Shown: in pieces, positions 60,379 through 64,000 of the stretch | Position numbering within the stretch: the first letter of the stretch is position 1 | Layout: each line of letters opens with the position of its first letter | Source of the DNA: a bacterium | GTDB lineage: Bacteria > Patescibacteriota > Dojkabacteria > JAKAPS01 > JAJZLI01 | DNA: 64,000 bases | Assembly (NCBI GenBank): GCA_027459825.1 | Contig: DAIDGT010000003.1 | Coordinates: 1,277 to 65,276, forward strand | Direction of reading: 5' to 3' | The notes under the pieces: generated by a model | The model's input: only the letters and a program-made list of their open reading frames with translations | Databases searched by the model: none | Told to the model about the DNA's origin: nothing | Program-made: the position numbers and the translations under genes

Positions 60379-63300
60379 ATGTTATTTATTCGCAGATACT
60401 TTATATATATCATGTTATTTGTTTCTCTGAGTGGAGGTATACTTTTTATACATAAAATTCTAGGATCTAATAATACTAATTTGTATTCTAAGGTATCAAG
60501 CAGTGATATAAATCTTAAGGGAGCTAATGGGACAAATACATACAATGGGATAGTGACAGTAAATGGTACGTTAAAGACGAATAATACTAATACCAACATC
60601 ATACAGTTTACCCCGATTAATGCGCCGACAAATCCAAAAGTAGGGGAGGAGTATTTTGATAAGAGCAATGATACATTGTATATATACAGAGGAGGAACGA
60701 TAGGATGGTCATCTCAGATAGGTACTAATGGAACAAATGGTAAGACTGGAGCTACAGGGGCACAAGGTACACAAGGGATACAAGGGGTACAAGGGGTAAC
60801 AGGAGCTCAAGGTGTACAAGGATTGCAAGGTGCGCAAGGTGCAACAGGTCCACAGGGACCTCAAGGTCCATCAGGAGCGTCTTTGTCTGGTAATTTTGTA
60901 GAATTATCACCTTCTTCATCACAGACAGGTAATATATCAATAACAGGAAATGTGACAGCGTCTGGAGTTAGTAATATAGGTGGGTCTATAAATTTAGGAT
61001 CAGATGTGAATCTTGCAGACAGTAGTGAGTCAGTAAACATAGTAGGAGCAACAACAAATTTAATAAATAATCCATCATTTGAAAAAGATGGTAATGGAGC
61101 AACAACAGTAACAGGATATACTAAGGTGGGTACACCTACGACATACATAACAGATAATACAAAAGCATTGTATGGGACATATTCCATGGATATTGTTACA
61201 AATAATTCTAATCAAGGAATAGAGCAGACGGTAACAGGATTATCATATAATACAAAATACAGTGCCTCAGCATATGTGTACATAGTATCAGGAGGAGCGT
61301 ATCTTACAAGTGTCACAACAAACATAAAAAGCAGTACAGATACAACAGTAGGTTCATGGGAGAGAGTAACCCTATCATTTACGACAGGTTCATCCCAGAC
61401 ACAAGAGACACTCGAGATAATAGGATCAACTGGAAGTGATAGTTTCTATACAGATGGGTGGCAACTAGAGGTTGGTGCAGTTGCAACTCCATATACAGAT
61501 GGATCCTTAGGAGCGGGATATGCGTGGGGAACATCCTCAATGGCAGCAATGGGAACAATAACATTGGCATCCACATCTCCAACAGGAGGAACACTGAATG
61601 GAGGAACATACTATTATGAAGTGACAGCAGTAACCTCCGGAGGAGAAAGTACACCGTCTAATGAGATAACAGTGACAACTCCGACACTATCATCTCCAAG
61701 TGGAGTAAGCGCAGTAGCATCATCTACAGGAGGAAATATTGGATCTGGGGTTACTAATTATTACCAGGTAAGCGCATATGATGGTAATGGGGAGACAACA
61801 GTGTCCTCTGAGGTAAGTGCCACTACAGGATCAGGAAGTACGAATAGTGTAACGATATCTTGGAATGCAGTATCAGGAGCGACAGGATATTATGTATACA
61901 AGGGTACTACATCGGGAGGAGAGAATGAGAGGATATCTACTACATCTACTTCGTATACTGATGTAGGGGTTCTTACTGGTGTTCAGACATGGAGTACTAC
62001 AACAGCACTTCCTCAATCTACAGCTTATTACGGATCTTATGCATATGCAACTTCGGTTGAATACAACGGATATGTATATGAAATTGGTGGAGATAATGGA
62101 TCCTCATCTTTGTCGACAGTCTACTATGCACTAATTAATAGTAATGGGACGGTTGGTTCCTGGAACACTACAACTTCTCTACCATCAGGAATATATAATG
62201 CATCATCAGTTGAATATAATGGATATATTTATGAGATTGGTGGGGATAATAGTGGTTGGTTATCAACAGTTTATTATACATTAATTAATAGTAATGGAAC
62301 TGTTGGTTCCTGGAGTACTACAACTTCATTACCTCAATCGATAGCATATGCAACCAGTGTAGAATATAATGGGTACATTTATGAGATTGGTGGATATAAT
62401 GGTAGTCCTTTATCAACAGTATACTATGCTCCCATAAATAGTAATGGAACTGTTGGTTCCTGGAGTACCACAACTTCTTTACCTATAGGAGATGAAGGTG
62501 CAGGAATAGCTGAGTATGGTGGATATATCTATGTAATAGGTGGTGATACAGGGTCATGGTCAGTAACAGTCTATTATACATTAATTAATAGTAATGGGAC
62601 TGTTGGCACTTGGAATACTACAACTAATTTGCCTCAAAATAGAACCTTTGCATCTTCTTTATCATATAATGGATATGTTTATGTCATTGGAGGATTTTCT
62701 AGTGGTAATTCTGTAACAACAGTGTACTATGCACAACTAGGAGGTAATCCATTCTCATCATCAACAGAACCTTCAAACAATAGCGCAACAACTAATACAA
62801 ATACAGCAACTCTCTCATGGAATACATACTCTGGTGCTACTTCATATAAGGTATATCGTGGTACATACTCAGGTGGGGAGAATACTTACTATTCAACAAA
62901 CTCTACCTCTTTTACTGACACAGGTTCTACAGGTACATCAGGTACTCCCCCTACATCAGCAATTATTACAACTAACCCTAATGGAGCAAACTCCACAAGA
63001 TCTGCGGGAGTTGAATTTGGAAATAGTAATAGCACTTCAATTGGTCTTACCATTGCCGCATCTGGAGCAATCACTTCTTCATCCTCTGCCACCTTTACTG
63101 GTAATATTACAGCCGCAAACGGAACATTTTCTGGTCCTCTCATTGGTGGTAGTGGAAACAGTACTAATACTGCCTCTTCAATATGTGTAGTATCATGTGC
63201 CTTTGGTTTATCATCAGATAATAATAATTTGTATCTTATGAATAATACCTCAGGTAATTTCATAATAAGGTCAGAACAAGGTACTAGTACATGGAAGGAT

Positions 63301-64000
63301 ATTGCATCTGTAGATGATAATGGTAATGCAATATTTGCAGGAACTGTAACAGCATCAGGAACACCAGCAGATGTTGCTGAAGATATACCAGACAATAGTG
63401 GTATTGTAGCTGGCAATATCGTGTCAGAATCAAATCCTAATACATCGTTAAACAGCGTAGACAACTTTACTACAGTACTAACAGATACCCCTTATGATAC
63501 AAATATGCTAGGAGTGATCTCTTCAAATCCTGGAATAATATTGCATCAAGAGTCTAATATGATACCACTTGCACTTGCAGGAAGAGTACTTGTCAATGTA
63601 ACAAATGTCAATGGTCAAATTAATACAGGGGATATGATAACCGGGTCTAGTATAGCAGGATACGGAGAGTTAGCAACAGAACCAGGAGAAGTTGTAGGAG
63701 TTGCTCTCAATTCTCTAACTAGCAGTACACCAGGAGTATCTACATTTACAGAAAATGGAAATACTTACCTTAAAGGAGAGATACTGATGATGGTAGAAAG
63801 AGAATACTACAATCCTGTAACAGATTTTTCCAATATACTATCAGATGTAGTGCTATCAGATAGTGTATTGAATATATCAAGTAACGTATCAATAGCAGGT
63901 AATCTTTCAGTTGAAGGCATAATATCGACAAATTATGCGGGAAATGTAGAGGTACCAGAAGGAGTCAGTAGTTATACAATAACATTTGCAAAAGCATTAT
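60379..64000 (+). CDS. Large surface/adhesin-like protein, over 1200 aa, runs off the window (absent from the ORF track)
   Basis: Open frame from ATG 60379: N-terminal TM, collagen repeat, CBM-like NLINNPSFE domain, FN3-like units, Kelch-like repeats, DVAE...GRVLVNV chaperone-like domain. Confidence 0.9.
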   Translation, partial: MLFIRRYFIYIMLFVSLSGGILFIHKILGSNNTNLYSKVSSSDINLKGANGTNTYNGIVTVNGTLKTNNTNTNIIQFTPINAPTNPKVGEEYFDKSNDTLYIYRGGTIGWSSQIGTNGTNGKTGATGAQGTQGIQGVQGVTGAQGVQGLQGAQGATGPQGPQGPSGASLSGNFVELSPSSSQTGNISITGNVTASGVSNIGGSINLGSDVNLADSSESVNIVGATTNLINNPSFEKDGNGATTVTGYTKVGTPTTYITDNTKALYGTYSMDIVTNNSNQGIEQTVTGLSYNTKYSASAYVYIVSGGAYLTSVTTNIKSSTDTTVGSWERVTLSFTTGSSQTQETLEIIGSTGSDSFYTDGWQLEVGAVATPYTDGSLGAGYAWGTSSMAAMGTITLASTSPTGGTLNGGTYYYEVTAVTSGGESTPSNEITVTTPTLSSPSGVSAVASSTGGNIGSGVTNYYQVSAYDGNGETTVSSEVSATTGSGSTNSVTISWNAVSGATGYYVYKGTTSGGENERISTTSTSYTDVGVLTGVQTWSTTTALPQSTAYYGSYAYATSVEYNGYVYEIGGDNGSSSLSTVYYALINSNGTVGSWNTTTSLPSGIYNASSVEYNGYIYEIGGDNSGWLSTVYYTLINSNGTVGSWSTTTSLPQSIAYATSVEYNGYIYEIGGYNGSPLSTVYYAPINSNGTVGSWSTTTSLPIGDEGAGIAEYGGYIYVIGGDTGSWSVTVYYTLINSNGTVGTWNTTTNLPQNRTFASSLSYNGYVYVIGGFSSGNSVTTVYYAQLGGNPFSSSTEPSNNSATTNTNTATLSWNTYSGATSYKVYRGTYSGGENTYYSTNSTSFTDTGSTGTSGTPPTSAIITTNPNGANSTRSAGVEFGNSNSTSIGLTIAASGAITSSSSATFTGNITAANGTFSGPLIGGSGNSTNTASSICVVSCAFGLSSDNNNLYLMNNTSGNFIIRSEQGTSTWKDIASVDDNGNAIFAGTVTASGTPADVAEDIPDNSGIVAGNIVSESNPNTSLNSVDNFTTVLTDTPYDTNMLGVISSNPGIILHQESNMIPLALAGRVLVNVTNVNGQINTGDMITGSSIAGYGELATEPGEVVGVALNSLTSSTPGVSTFTENGNTYLKGEILMMVEREYYNPVTDFSNILSDVVLSDSVLNISSNVSIAGNLSVEGIISTNYAGNVEVPEGVSSYTITFAKAL
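60721..60882 (+). repeat. Collagen-like Gly-X-Y repeat, 18 triplets
   Basis: GTNGTNGKTGATGAQGTQGIQGVQGVTGAQGVQGLQGAQGATGPQGPQGPSGAS. Confidence 0.92.
61990..62739 (+). repeat. Five Kelch-like coding repeats with a 150-bp period
   Basis: Trp codons at 61990, 62161, 62311, 62461, 62611; unit WxTTTxLP...YNGYIYxIGG...TVYY.xINSNGTVG. Confidence 0.9.

Noticed and set aside
61990..62739. Near-identical 150-bp repeats as a CRISPR array or DGR template/variable repeat
   Set aside because: They are in-frame Kelch coding repeats without unique spacers; no cas or reverse transcriptase gene is in the window
60363..63464. Several short ORFs listed in the track over 60.3-63.5 kb
   Set aside because: They are antisense or off-frame shadows of the long plus-strand ORF starting at 60379

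Overview
AT-rich bacterial chromosome segment with standard genetic code (TGA is used as a stop). Gene content and style suggest a Patescibacteria/CPR genome, probably Microgenomates/Dojkabacteria-like; this is an inference from the divergent F1-ATPase, the ftsA-like plus baseplate-J-like pair, short alaS, DUF5654/DUF5674 genes and LPxTG/pilin-like surface proteins. Layout: (1) 1-26 kb is mostly housekeeping (atpG/D/C, ftsA, cyclophilin, ftsK, rodZ, tatD, metG, an rpoD-linked ATP-grasp/RimK cluster, ogg, GH1, typA). (2) About 26-43 kb is an accessory stretch ending at the 3' end of tRNA-Asn, with SOD, a hexokinase-like gene, an Acidimicrobiia-style repeat protein, ABC and MMPL transporters, a deleted-ABC scar and an IS701-like remnant. 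(3) 43.4-49.5 kb holds two tandem pairs of membrane histidine kinases. Each pair is one His-less pseudokinase coupled to one His-bearing kinase, with no response regulator nearby and a SAM methyltransferase between the pairs. This is the best candidate for an undescribed system. (4) 49.5-60.3 kb has iscS, tRNA-Cys, alaS-ruvX-mltG, three surface proteins, holA and rnhA. (5) A large surface protein ORF missing from the supplied ORF track starts at 60379 and runs off the window; it has a collagen repeat and nested FN3-like/Kelch modules. Most transcription units have a -10 box about 6-16 nt before the start codon and no Shine-Dalgarno. No CRISPR, rRNA or intact mobile element was seen. All family calls come from motif recognition by eye, not database searches.
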